DNA of 64,000 nt from the human T2T-CHM13v2.0 reference genome, Homo sapiens: the NCBI RefSeq assembly GCF_009914755.1, contig NC_060933.1; one strand, given 5' to 3'. The position numbers were made by a program, and so were the translations under genes. Position 1 is the stretch's first letter. Each line of letters starts with the position of its first letter. Below, in pieces: positions 25,310-37,909 of the stretch. Under the pieces are notes generated by a model, which was not told the DNA's origin, made no database searches, and saw only the letters and a list, made by a program, of their open reading frames with translations.

Positions 25310-25625
25310 TTTTTTTTTTTTTTTTTTTTGAGACGGAGTCTCACTCTGTCACCCAGAGCTGGAGTGCAGTGGCGCAATCTCGGCTCACCGCAACCTCAGC
25401 TCGCTGCAACCTCCACCTCCTGGGTTCAAGCAATTCTCCTGCCTCAGCTTACTGAGTAGCTGCGATTACAGGCGTGTGCCACCACACCCAGCTAATTTTT
25501 GTATTTTTAGTACACACGGGGTTTCACCATGTTGGCCAGCTCGTCTGGAACTCGTGACCTGGTGATCCGCCCACCTAGGCCTTCCAAAGTGCTGGGATTA
25601 CAGGCATGAGCCACCACGCCCGGCT
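25310..25625 (-). mobile_element. AluS SINE
   Basis: Full reverse Alu with T tail; flanks CACATCTAAATTT / TACATCTAGATTT. Confidence 0.93.
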
Positions 25626-26330
25626 TCCTACATCTAGATTTACAAAGGGTTTGTGTGACCTCCTTGTGGGTAGATATTTTAATCTCCTCTTCTGAAACTG
25701 GAGACTAGCTTAAGAAATCTCAGGATACCTTCCTGGGAGGTCTAAGCTTGATAACACTCAAATCGTTTATGCTCTAGGCCAAAGGAGTAATGGATGCAGC
25801 AATGGGTAGGCCCGAAGGCTGAACTGTTATCTCCTCAGGTAGAAGTGACTAAAGACTGAAAGAATACTCCTTCTACCCACTCAAGCCTGCACTTAAAGTG
25901 GTCACATGCCACCAGGCTAGCCATGGGGATGCTGGTGAGGGGTGCAGACAGGCTACAACCAGCCAGGGCTTTGTGAAGGAGCCTATATCCGATATATAAC
26001 TATTCCCAGAATTACTGCTCATCTCTAGCATGGAAGTGCTCTGACCCATCCCAGCACCTGGCTTACCTAGGCCCAAGCAGAATCAAAGGCCCTTCTATCT
26101 CAATTCCATAGGAACTGGAAAGTAACCTCAACTCTATGAGAAAGGATGCTTAAGGAAAAAATAAGGGATCACTGGTTTCAAAGATAAGCACAGATTTGTC
26201 CCCTGACACTTGAGTCATTATCCCCCCAACTCATTCTGAAGCCACGGGTATAGGAGCCAGGGACGCGAGTGGGTGTGGGGTAGGGACACTTTGAGACTGC
26301 AAGGGGCCAAGAAGGGCGGAGCTCACTCAC

Positions 26331-26558
26331 CCATCTTCAATCAACATGGGCGTGCCCAATGGTTCCAGGTCCTCGGCTGATAACAGCTGGTGAATCAGAC
26401 TGTATGACTGGGGATCCAGGCTGCGAGCTTGTTGGGGCAGAAGTGGTGAGTGGCCAGAATAGCTAAAAAGGTGCGGTATATATTGGTAATGTGGAGGCAC
26501 AGACATTCCCATGTACTGTTCCCTGAAGGCCATGAATCCATTCAGTTCCACAGACCTA
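26331..26558 (-). CDS. NR6A1: NR6A1 exon 6 (228 nt; 225 nt with the distal NAGNAG acceptor): hinge/LBD start
   Basis: RSVELNGFMAFREQYMGMSVPPHYQYIPHLFSYSGHSPLLPQQARSLDPQSYSLIHQLLSAEDLEPLGTPMLIEDG. Acceptor CAG|TAG|, donor |GTGAGT. Confidence 0.96.
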
Positions 26559-27163
26559 CTGGAGAGAAAAGTCTTGCGTCAAACAGAGCCATGGCAAGTC
26601 TAGTAATTACTCAAAGGAAGTGAGCCAGAAGGTGACTTTAGGTATTCTTTGAACATGAGGTATGTGTCTTCATCAAGCCAGGGGGCATAATTAATAGTTA
26701 AATTCATGTCTCTCCTACTAGATTCCCATCTGTAAGACAAAGACTCTATGGGTATATGAATGTTGGGGTCGCCACTGGACACTCAGTGCATGGCAGAGTA
26801 GGTAATGAATAAATATTGGTTGAATGAATTCTTTGTATAGGTGCCATGTCTGGACAGTTTTTTAACAGATACTTGTAGACTATGATGACAAAGTAGGTAT
26901 TTATATTATAATACTGCTAGGAAAACTAAGGCACAGACAGGCTAAGTCCTGGCTAGGCCACAAAACAAATCCAGCATCTAGCAAGGAACCCGGCATGTGG
27001 CAACAACCCCCTAAATAGTCCAAGGAAAGAACAAACGAAGGGGCACCTGAATGGGATAAAAGCTTTAATTAAATATGAAGACAAAGGTAGATTTTTGCCT
27101 TCCTTTCCTTTCTTGGAGAAAGCTAACCACTCTGTCAACTAATTAAAAAAAAAAAAAAACCTA

Positions 27164-27441
27164 AGCCAGCCACAGTGGTGTGCACCTACAGTTTCAGCTA
27201 CTTGGGAGGCTGAGGTGGAAGGATCACTTAAGGCTAGGAATTTGAGACAAGCCTGGGCAACATAGCAAGACTCCATCTCTTTTTTTAAAAAAAAAAGTAT
27301 TTAATTAACAACGACAACAACAAAAAAAGACAGAGTCTTGCCATGTTGCCTAGGCTGGTCTTGAACTCCTGGACTTAAGCAATCTACCCACCTTGACCTC
27401 CCAAAGTGCTGGGAATACAGATGTGAGCCACCATGCCTGGC
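27164..27441. mobile_element. Two Alu monomers in inverted (tail-to-tail) orientation
   Basis: Plus monomer 27164-27296 and minus monomer 27328-27441. Confidence 0.85.
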
Positions 27442-27496
27442 ATCTCTTAAGAAAAAAAAAAATCTTCCAGCTTTTGCCTAAATGTATCTCCTATAA

Positions 27497-27706
27497 CTGG
27501 GGTTGGCAAACTTTGGCTTGCAAGCTAAATCCAGCCCACTGCCTATTTTGGAACACAGCCATGCTCACTGGTTCACATAATGTCCATGGCCATAGCTGTT
27601 TTCACACTACAAAGGCAGAATGGAGAAGCTGAGATCCAAACCATTAGGCCCGGAAAGCTGAAAATATTTACTATCTGGCCTTTGCAGAAAAAGTTTGTCA
27701 ATCCAT
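27497..27706 (+). mobile_element. MER58A (hAT-Charlie)
   Basis: GGGGTTGGCAAACT...TTGGAACACAGCCATGC...AAAATATTTACTATCTGGCCTTTGCAGAAAAAGTTTG. Confidence 0.85.
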
Positions 27707-28270
27707 ATCCTATAAGAAAGGTTTCTGGGGAAAGGAAAGCTTCCCTAATAGCTGAAGGATCTATTTCACACTCGACAACTAACTAAAGATATGCTTGAAC
27801 CAAGAGTTTCTAAGTTTGTATTCTCTGATAGCAGCAAATTTGACTGGCTTAAAAAGCCTTCAATGTTTCTTAAAATTTATAAAGTGAAAAACATTGACTC
27901 TTGTGAGGCAGAGAAATTACAGTTTAATTCAAAACTGTCAAAAAGGTTTATTTCAGTGATAAAATAAATGAGGGAAAATGGCAACATTTAAAATGTTATT
28001 CTGTTAGGTGAAGAATGCACGGGCATGGATAGAAGCTATAGCACTTTATCAGTCTGCAGAAGAGACCACTGACATTTTCAAGGTCTTTAGCATAAAAGGG
28101 GCTGGGAAACACTGTTTTTAATCTTCCTGACCCCTACTCCAAGAGTCTGAGGGAGCAACAGTACAATGGCTGAGACAGCCTGGCAGGGATACTCAGCCAG
28201 AGGTTTTCTGTAGCTCTCCCTTTGGTGGGGGATCCCTAGATGATGACCATGGGTTTGCCTTAAAGCTCAC

Positions 28271-28425
28271 CTGGAAGACAGTGTGGAGCCTGGTGAGGGC
28301 TGGTTGCTCTCCGAAGCCCTGTTCCCAGGGGAACTGTGGTCACTATCACCATGGTTGCTCCAGTGATTGGCCTCTTCCTCAAACTCCTGCCCAGACATGA
28401 TCCTTTCGATTTCTTCTTCCGATAT
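28271..28425 (-). CDS. NR6A1: NR6A1 exon 5 (155 nt): hinge
   Basis: ISEEEIERIMSGQEFEEEANHWSNHGDSDHSSPGNRASESNQPSPGSTLSS(S/R). Acceptor CAAAG|, donor |GTGAGC. Absent from the ORF track, read manually. Confidence 0.95.
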
Positions 28426-28779
28426 CTTTGACAAGGAATTGAGACATGTTAGATGGGTGCTCAGGACACTTGCTCTTTCTTCAGGACTGAGAGCTTATTT
28501 AAATCTCATAGGATTTCCCAGAAACCTAGGTTCCCTCTCCTCCATCCCCATATTCCGGGCCTCTCACTAATCTTAGGACGGCGTGGCTTCCTTCCTACTG
28601 GCACCATGGCCCTTCGTGGCCTTCCTCCTGCTCATTTACACTACTCTCAAGCCGTGAAGCCTCAAGGTTCTTTCAACTCCTTTTTGTCCTTGAGGCTATT
28701 CTTTCCTAACCCTGAAACACCACTCCTCAATGACAATCTCCTACTTGCCCTTTAAGATTCAATTCAAATGTCACCTCTT

Positions 28780-29070
28780 GCCAGGCATGGTGGCTCATGC
28801 CTGTAATCCCAAAACTTTGGGAGTTCCAGGAGTTCAAGACCAGCCTGGACAACACGGTGAAACCCGTCTCTACAAAAAATAGAAAAATTAGTTGGGCCTG
28901 GTGGTGCATGCCTGTAGTCCTACCTACTCTGGAGACTGAGGCAGGAGATTCTGGCCTAAGCTCAGAAGATTGAGGCTGTAGTGAGCCATGATTGCACTAA
29001 CCCACCCCAGCCTGGGTGACAGAGCAAGACCCTGTCTTAAAAGAAGACAAAACAAAACCAAACAAAAAAC
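28780..29070 (+). mobile_element. AluJ-type SINE
   Basis: Diverged dimeric Alu. Confidence 0.88.
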
Positions 29071-29129
29071 CCCAAATGTCATGTCCTTTGTGAGGCTTTC
29101 TACCACCACATTTTGGATACTCTCTTCAA

Positions 29130-30440
29130 CAAATAGTGCTGGGAAAACTACATCCACATGCCCCGCCCCCAGCCCCCAAAAGACATCGACCCCTTATACC
29201 GTTCACAGAAGTCAACCTCAAAATAGATTAAATATTTAAATGTAAGACCTAAAACTATAAAACTCCTTGGAGAAAACACAGGGGAAAATCTTCATAAAAC
29301 TGGTCTTGCCAGTGATTTCTTGGATACAACACCAAAAGTACAGACAACAGAACAAAAACAGCCAAGTGTGACTACATTAAACTAAAAAGCTTCTGTGCAA
29401 CAAAGGAAACAATCAACAGGGTAAAAAGATAACCTATGAAATGGGAGAATATATTATCATACATTTGATAAGGGGTCAACATCCACAACATACAAGGAAC
29501 TCCCATAACTCAGGAACAGAAAAAAAACAAAACAAAACCCACTGAAAAATGAACAAGAAACTTGAACAGACATTTCTCCAAAGAAGACAAATGACCAATA
29601 GGTATATAAAAAGATGCTCAATATCACTTATCATCAGGAAAATACAAATCAAAACTTGAAGATATTACCTCACACCTGTTATGTCTGTTGTATGTAAAAG
29701 AACACAACAACAACAAAAAAACCCCAAAACAAACAAACAAACAAACAAAAAACCAGTCCAGAAAATAACAAGTGCTGGTAAGGATGTGAAGAAATGGAAA
29801 CCCTTGTGCACTGTTAGTGGGAATGTAAAACGGTGCAACCACTATGGAAAACAGCATGGAGGTTCCTCTAAAAGTTAAAAATAGAAACACCATATGATCC
29901 AGCAATCCCATCTATGGGTATTAATCCAAAAGAACTGAAATCAGGATTGTGAAGAGATATCTGCACTCCCACGTTCACTGCAGCATTATTCAAAATAGTC
30001 AAGAAGTGAAAACAATTTAAGTGTCTGATGACAGAGAAATGCATAAAGAAAATGTGATATATACATAAAACACCTTAAAAAAGAGGAAAGTCCTGTTATA
30101 AGCTATACCAAGGGGGAACCATGATGACATTACACCAAGTGCAATAAACCAGTCACAGAAGCACAAATACTGCATGATTCCACTTTATGAGGTATCTAAA
30201 GTAGTCAAACTCTTATAAGCAGAAAGTGGAATGGTGGCTGCCATGGGCAAAGGGAGAGGAAAATGAGGAACTGCTGTCTAATGAGTATAGTGTTTCAGTC
30301 ATGTAAGATGGAAAAGTTCTAAAGATTTGCTGTATCAGAGTGTGTATATAGTTAACAACACTGTACTGTATAATTAAAATTTTGTTCAAAAGGTAGATTT
30401 CATGTTATATGGTTTTTACTTCTGCCATAATAAAAAAGAG
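29130..30440 (+). mobile_element. L1M (MA/MB-type) LINE: ORF2 end and 3'UTR
   Basis: AATGTAAGACCTAAAACTATAAAACTCC, GACTACATTAAACTAAAAAGCTTCTG, CCATATGATCCAGCAATCCCA; no intact ORF. Confidence 0.9.
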
Positions 30441-30944
30441 CAGCTATTAGTCCAGACCAAGAAACAAAAAGAATTTGTAAGACATATATATGACTTGAAT
30501 AACGAGAATAAAAATGTTTTAGAAAAAAAGAATAAACACAGCAGAGTTGGGAATCACACAGCCTGATTGAATGTACGCTGTGCTCATATGATAAGAAATC
30601 CCCCAAACATCATCAGTGTATGTCTTAAGACAACTCCGAACACCTTTCTTTCATTCCCTCACATTTAACTGGCTAAATCCTATAAATTTACCCAGTAAAT
30701 ATCTCTTGAGTCTATTCTCTCCCCTCTATCTGCACTGCCATTGCTCTGCTTCAAACTATTATCTGTATCTCTTGCCTGTACTTCTGTGAAAACCTTCTAA
30801 CTGCTTTCTCTCTCCCTCAGTTTTACTCACCCTCACCTCACTCCTCACAAACCATTTCTACCTGCTAGAATGATCTTCCTAAAATGCAAATCTAAATAAA
30901 ACCTTTTAGTGGTTGCCTCTTGGCTCATACCAGTAACAATAATA

Positions 30945-31095
30945 GTTTTTTAAAATTTTATTTGATTTTTTGGTAGAGACAGGGTCTGTCTTGCTATGTC
31001 GCCCAGGCTCGTCTTGAACTCCTGGCCTCAAGCGATCTTCCTGCCTCAGCCACCCAAAGTGCTGGGATTACAGGCGTGTGCCACTGCTCCTGGCC
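30945..31095 (-). mobile_element. Alu monomer (FLAM_C-like)
   Basis: Single reverse Alu arm. Confidence 0.85.
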
Positions 31096-32039
31096 ACTAG
31101 TAATTCCTAAGGCATGCTCTCTGCCTACTAATGTGCCAAGGGATTCACCTGATGGGCAGAGATATATCCAATTTTCTACCCTCATGAAGCTCTTCTGCTG
31201 GCAAGTAAGAACAACGGGTAAGAACAAGTGGTGCAGGCTGGCCCAACAAAGACTTTTCCTAAGGAGCTGTAGTCAAAGACTTGAAGGCCACTCCCTAATG
31301 AACTGATTCCAAATTCAAGGATTCTGCCTTATCTTCTGCCACTCTACTACATGTGCCCAATGTTGCAGCCTAATTGAACAAACTCCTTGTCATAAAGATT
31401 CATCGTTGGGTCTCTTCACAGTCTATTTTCTTGAGTGTCTCTAGTCCCCAACCACGGCTCTAGCCCAAGCAGAATAGATGCCCCTCCCTCTGTAGTCCCT
31501 GGGCATCCTCTGTTACCTCTCACCTTACTATGATGTCTGTTTACCTATCTGTTTCTCCCATTAGACTGAGTTCACAGTATAGGGCCTGGAAGAGTAGGAA
31601 CTCAGTAAATGTTTGTGGGATTGAATGGGGGTATTATCATTCCTACTCTACAATAAGACAATAATATTCTGCTGATATATTTTTTAGATGAAATGAACAA
31701 AGCAAAGTAGTCTTGCTCATTTCTGCCAGGCTTAGTTATCTATAACCTTAAGGACTGATCAAAAAGTCCTCTGGATGGTTCAGAACCATAACTGGGTTCA
31801 CTGTCTGTGAAATCCTTAGGAAAGGCTGAGGGATCACAGGAAGAGCTTTAATCATTAACTTACATATTTAAGATTTTCAAAGCACTTTCACATCCAGGAT
31901 GTAAAAGCACTTTTACAGAAATGAAAGCAAAGATGGCTCTCCTCAGCAGCAGATGAAAGAGTCAAGGTGAGCAGTTTCAGGAACAGCTGGAGCCCTGGGC
32001 TTCCAGGACGGACCACAGAGACTGAGGTCTAGAACTCAC

Positions 32040-32095
32040 CTGGACTGGCCCAATGCTCTTATTCCGGCCTCCAGGCATGCCATCTTCTCTGATAG
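32040..32095 (-). CDS. NR6A1: NR6A1 exon 4 (56 nt): C-terminal extension of the DBD
   Basis: (A)IREDGMPGGRNKSIGPVQ. Acceptor TCCAG|, donor |GTGAGT; phases match exons 3 and 5. Confidence 0.96.
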
Positions 32096-34071
32096 CTGGA
32101 AGGAAAGATAAGTCAAGAAAGGCAGTCAGAAGCACACTCATATAAGTCTTAGCACAAAAAGAGAGTTTACTTGGCCAAAAGCATAAGACAGTAATTAGTG
32201 AATCCAACATTAAAACACAGGTCCTTCTGGATCCAAAGCACACAATTCTTTCTATTATTCCAGGCTCCTTCATAGGCAGCAATATTTTGGGGCCCCCAAG
32301 GCATTGCGTACATACTACACACACTGTATACATTCAATATGTTCGAAAAAGGTGATAGCACTGCTCACTAGTCCTTCAGTTACAAACATCCTGCCAGGAT
32401 GATGCATCTTAAGGTTTTGACAAATTCTAGGGGAGGGACAGAGTATTTCCATTTTTAAATAAAATAGTTTGTATTCCCAGCCTAAGTTTAGATTTGATTT
32501 GTAGAATCAGAACAGGTTTTTTGGTTTTTTTCATTAATCAGAATTTTGACCTCAATGGTTTCTCCCTGCAAAGGCAGTCAGTAGAGCACCTGTGTAGTCG
32601 AAGGAACTTACCTAGCATTTACTAAGTATAAAAAGCATCCTTTAAGTAGTATCTCCTGACTAAGAATAACAACTACTACTAATATTATCATCACTCTTTA
32701 TGGAACACTTAATACGGGGGGCATAGAGAAGAACCCCTGATTTGCAATTATAGTAGGACCACGGTATTAGGCAATCCTTTCTGGAAAAGAAAACTTCTGA
32801 ACTGAGTCTTAAAGGTTAAGTAGGATTTAGGCAGCCAGGAAAAGAGTGCTCCAGGTTGAGCGAACAGTGTACAAAAAAAGCAAGCTGAAGGTAAGAATAA
32901 GCTCTTCTTTCTGGGAATTTCCAAGCGGCTTAATCTGGCTAAAGCATAGGGGAAGGGTGGCCTATGTGGGGGAAGAGTAGCATGAGATAAGGGTGGAAAG
33001 GCCAATTGGGCCTAGATTATAAAGAGCCTTGAATGCCAGACTAGGGTATAACTTTAGCTAAGGAGCTTGAGGACAAGAAGGAATGTAGGGGGGCACTGTG
33101 GTCATATTGGGATTTTTAAAAAATCTTTCTGACAGCCACTGTGGAGGGTAGCTTGGAAGGGGTTAATGTTAACAATGACAGAAGATAAGCTAATGACATT
33201 ATGTAATAGCAGGCCTTGCTAGGATATACCTGCCACTTAAAAAAATTAACATAAGGAATCTAGGAAGTTCCCCAGGCAGGGACTGATTGCCTCAAAAGGT
33301 GGGAGCTCCAAGTATATAACCCTGTTTCTGAGGTAACTAAAAGGCTGACAGGAAATTCAGAATTAAGTAAGTTAGGGTCCAAATCCTGTTTCTTCCTGGT
33401 CTGTATAATTATGAACAAGTTTCTCTGCCTCTCTGGACTTCAGTTTACTGAAATGAAAAGAGAAAATACTGGTACTTGTTTTATGTTACATTACATAAAA
33501 TGGTATGGATAAAACACCAACCTTAGGGCCTTGCATGTAAAGTAAGCACTTAGTAACTAATCCTTCCCTCTCCCTAGCCTCTTTGAGTTAAAAATCCAAG
33601 GTTCTATTCTCAACTTTGCTAGAATCTTAATATTTTCATCTGCTAAATGGAGGCAACAGGGTCGGTCTGCTTTATAAAAAGCTGTTGTGAATTTGGAGTA
33701 AGAAACATACATAGCCTATGTTAGAGCTAGATGTATGCTGCTTGTTGGCTGGGAGGTCTCTTTCAATCTAATTTCAAGTTCTAAAATCTTTACAATCGCT
33801 TCTCTGCTGTTCCATGGTCAATGACAGTCTTTGGGTATTTCTATTTCCAATAATAACATCTCACATGTCTTTATTTCAGCTCATAGGTAGAGAACAAAGA
33901 TCTGTCACTGGAATACAACACCAAATGTATTAATAGTTCGGCTGTTACCTCATTTTCACTGTCCTGGAGGTGTGAAAAGAAAGCAACATACTTTACTTTT
34001 CATTTAAAGGGCCACATGTCTTAAAGATTTACATCTTGCCAATCTCTTGTTCTGAAATTCAAAAGCTCATC

Positions 34072-34360
<289 letters not shown>

Positions 34361-35759
34361 TGTTCATCTTCTTCCTCGACCCCACCCAGAGTAACAAAAT
34401 ACGTATATGATAGAAATCTACTATGTGTTACATACTGTTCTCTGAGGTAAAATCACTCATGAGTAAAGTATTAGTATCACTCCCATTGAACAGATGGATC
34501 TAAGGCTCACAGAAATGAAGTATTTTGCTGGAAGAGACAGAAACTAAAGAGCAGAATCAGGGTTGGAACCCACACTATCAGACTGTAAGACCAGACTTCT
34601 TTCTACTACTACTATGTATGCATCCTAGTGGAGAAACATAAGATACTTTTAGGTGGTGCATAAACTCTTAATTATACATTCTTAATTATTAATTATTCTT
34701 AAATTATACATTTATTCTGATGTGCAACTCACATGGCAAAATGTTAACAATTGGTGAATTTGGGTAAAGGGCAGATGAGAATTCTTACTACTGTTGCAAA
34801 TTTTCTGTAAGCTTGAAATTACTTCAAAATAAAACAGAACAAAGTTTTAATGAGGTGGTAAAGAATTGCCTTTAAAAATTAACTTTGATTTTTAAAAGTT
34901 ATTGAAAGACTAATATAAACAGCAGTACCCATTTAGAGATGATAAAATCGGTCAAGATGCCATGAAACCACCTGAAGTGTGGAAATCAATACAATGTGCC
35001 ACACTGCCTCTGTTAAAAACAAAAACTTGGACCATATTTTCAAACTTATAATGTTCTTGCACATATGTATGTTATCTCATGTGATCCTCACAACCACCTT
35101 GGAAGGTGTATTATTCTCCCACGCATTTTTGAGATGAGGAAACAGAGCTCAGAGAGGTAAAGAGATTTGCTCAGGGAAGAACTGACAGAGCTGGAGTTTC
35201 CATTTAGATCTTCTGATTCTAAAGCTGTACTTGTTCCTTGATGCCATACTGAACTAACAAGTTTTTCAGCAGGGCTAAAATCTATTTGGCAGTGATTTGA
35301 TTAAAAAGAACAAATGGCTCCTGTGTGCAGTATTACAGGAATGGTTCTGCTGTAACTCTTATCTAAGTCTAAGAAAGAGAATGGCCCTAGCCATGGCTCT
35401 TCTATCTTCTCAGAAGGCACCACAAACACTTTTTCTGCTTTGGAACTCATATGCCTACCATTCTTCATTTGCTTGGGCTTAGGCAGTCAACAAAACCCAG
35501 AAACCATAAATAACAAAGCTAACTACATCAAAGCTCCACTCAAAACCTGTCGGTGGTGCCTTTGGTTCATGGGCCAAATCTAAGCTCCTTAGCATGGCAT
35601 TCAAGACCATCTATCATCTGGTTCTGGTGGGACCCCTCATCCTCATCTCTTGCCATAAATGCTATACCCTACATGTAGATAACTATTTGTTAGTCTTTAA
35701 ACATGCTATTCTGTTTTACATAGTTCTGTCTCTGCATATGTTGCCTGTACTCAGAAAGA

Positions 35760-36550
35760 AACTTAAAGTGGAAAAATCTGGCAACATCACCTTCCCTAAG
35801 TGACATCATCATAACCAAGTGATTCAAGTTAATATCACCAATAATGGGTATACACTTACATCATGTGCTCTTGATATTATGGTCTAAGAAGGACACAACA
35901 TCATTTCTATGGCATTCTTGCGAAAAATGCATAACCTGCATGTATTCGTGAGGAAACTGACAAGCCCAAATTAAGGGATATTCTACAAAATACATGACCT
36001 ATTTGCTTCAAAATCGACAATGTTAATAAAGACAAAGAAAGACTGACGAACTATTTCAGATTAAAAGAGACTGAAAAGACATAAAAACTAAATGTAATGT
36101 GATTTCCTGAAGTGGCTTCTAGATCAGAGAAAATAAAATTGCTATAAAGGACACTGAGATGACTGGCAAAAATTGAATAAGATCTGCTAATAAGATAGTA
36201 CTGTGTCAGGTTAAATTTCCTGATTTTGATAACAGTACTGTGATTGCTAGAAATAAAAGGAACACTGCCTATGCCTCACTCTCAAATGGCTAAGAAGGTG
36301 CGTACATGCAGGCACACACACACTTACTTACCTGTGGGAAGTGGGGAAGGTGGAAGAGAGAGACAGAAAGAAGAGCAAGGGGGAGGGGGGAGGGAAAATA
36401 ATAAAACAAATAGCATGATAAAGCAAATGTGGCAAAATGTTAACAATTGGTGAATTTAGGTAAAGGGCATATGGGAATTATTACTACTGTTGCAACTTTT
36501 CTGTAAGCTTGAAATTATTTAAAAATAAAACAGAACAAAATTTTAAAGTC
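35760..36550 (+). mobile_element. Old L1M (MC/ME-type) 3' fragment
   Basis: GACAAGCCCAAATTAAGGGATATTCTACAAAATA and ...GCAACTTTTCTGTAAGCTTGAAATTATTT 3'-end motifs. Confidence 0.75.
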
Positions 36551-36575
36551 TTAATTTAAAAACAAACAATCTTTT

Positions 36576-36720
36576 GGCAGGCATATGCTCATGCCTATAA
36601 TCCCAGCACTTTGGGAGACTGAGGCGGGAGGATTGCTTGAGCTCAGTTTAGCTCAGCTGAACTTGATCCTCAGTTCAAGAGCTGCCTGGGCAACATGCTG
36701 AAAACTTGTCTCTACAAATT
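36576..36720 (+). mobile_element. Alu monomer (FLAM)
   Basis: Single Alu arm with small insertion. Confidence 0.75.
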
Positions 36721-37909
36721 TTTTTGGTATAATAAAATGTAAAAAAAAAAGTTCATAAGGAAAATGTAAGAAATGTAAAAAAAATGTTTGTAAGGAACAC
36801 GAACTTTGATTTCTTTAAGATTCTGCTCAAATGTTATCCCTCCTTGAGATTTCTCAGTGCTTCATGCAGACCTCTGTGTTGTGTCCTGGGGCACTTTTTA
36901 CCCTGGTAAAGTGATATGGCGATGCCACAGGATCACTGCCTCACAATGCCATTCTGCAAACATCACCTCCTCCAAGAAGCTTTCCTTGACCTTTATACTT
37001 TTGAACTAGTTAGCAAGTTATGAGACCACAGAGTTAAGGAAATTTTTTATTTTTTCACAGTTACTTAACTAACATGACACCCACCCCCACCACCCGCCAC
37101 GAAGCTGACTGTATCCTCATTTCTCCTCTGACAATATTTTCCCCATCCCACTTCCTGCCATGGCCCTCCATCACAGTCAATCCATCTAACCAGGGAGCAT
37201 CCTATCACTACTGAGTTATTTGCTGAAGGACCAACAGAAAAGTAGGACTTGATCATGGCCCTTGAGGGGCTCATTGTCTAATAATGAGGGAAACAGATGA
37301 GTGAACAGAGAAAGATAACACAAGATGACCAGGGTTATGGCAGAAGGCATGCAAAAAAGCTGTGGAAGCACAGGAGGGTTATCTGGTGGGGGATGGTGTC
37401 AGAGAAGGCTTCTTAGAGGATGTTACAAATAAACGCTGAACCTTGAAGTCAGGAGTAGAAGAAGGGGTGGATGTTTAAACCCCCTCTTCTTCCAGGCAGA
37501 TGAAACCACATGTGCAAAACAGGAAACATCACTGGGTTTTTGAAGAACTAGGATGGAATGCAGATTGTGAGTGGGGAACACCAAATGGAGAAGGAAAGGG
37601 ATCAGGTGGCTGATGCCAGTGTCAGAGGGGCCTTGAAAATCACCTTAAGGAGCCTGACTTTATCCCGAAGACTGCAAGATGGGTAAGGAACATACATGGG
37701 GGATACTAGTGCAGTAGTGGGGATGGACAGACAGGGCCCAGTCTCCATTCACCACCCTTCTTTAGATCTTCCTCATTGCTTTGCTAAGGAGTTTTCTGAC
37801 CAGCCAACTTTCAGGTCTGAAAAGATACTCAGTTCCATATCCAAAGATGGAGAACAACAGAGAGCTGTCTTGCACATAGGTGAAAAAGCCCCAGCCACAA
37901 ATGGCAGCT

